The notes below the pieces were generated by a model, which had not been told where the DNA came from, did no database searches, and saw only the letters and a program-made list of their open reading frames with translations. From Octopus bimaculoides (lineage: Eukaryota): DNA of 64,000 nucleotides. Positions 63,748-64,000 of the stretch are shown one piece after another. Both the position numbers and the translations under genes were made by a program. Location of the stretch: contig NC_068984.1 of the NCBI RefSeq assembly GCF_001194135.2, positions 117,641,671 through 117,705,670 of the forward strand, given 5' to 3'. Every line of letters starts with the position of its first letter. Position 1 is the stretch's first letter.

Positions 63748-64000
63748 ACATACATATATTTGTGTATTTACATATATAGTAAGCAAAGACAAATGGATAC
63801 TTTGAAACATCACATATGTTTCAGTAGTGTGGTTTGCCTAAAATTCGATTCCTTTACGTAATTTATTATGTAATGGACTCATATCTGAATTAAACCAAGC
63901 TGTTGAAATGTTTGCAGCAATGTTTTAAACGATCCATTCATTTTTGTTTACTAAGTATTACACTGCATAACATGTAACAGTTATGCCTTTGAACCATAGA

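Overview
AT-rich, microsatellite-saturated eukaryotic DNA with about 20 N gaps, most of them beside simple repeats. The repeat content (tRNA-head/CORE-type SINEs with internal (TA)n(TG)n, Meta/MESC-like SINEs, R4/Dong LINE ends in (TAA)n, TTAA-CCCTT MITEs) is most consistent with an octopus/cephalopod short-read assembly; this is inference from recalled repeat families, not a database result. There is no intact long ORF, and nearly all entries in the ORF track are translated microsatellites or N runs. Recognisable coding remnants are all transposon-derived: three R4/Dong endonuclease 3' ends, one CR1/L2/Jockey-type RT fragment and one rearranged mariner. Several short segments with good splice sites and a single open frame suggest the window is mostly intron of a large host gene that I cannot name. 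Best leads: a textbook recursive-splice-site motif (minus, 13794/13793), an RFX X-box/E-box module at 22655-22705, a mariner whose 3' half is replaced by an inverted copy of its 5' end, modular head/tail shuffling among SINEs, hammerhead-like cores in Penelope-type repeats, a hairpin element recording CpG deamination, and an unexplained ~171-bp tandem array.
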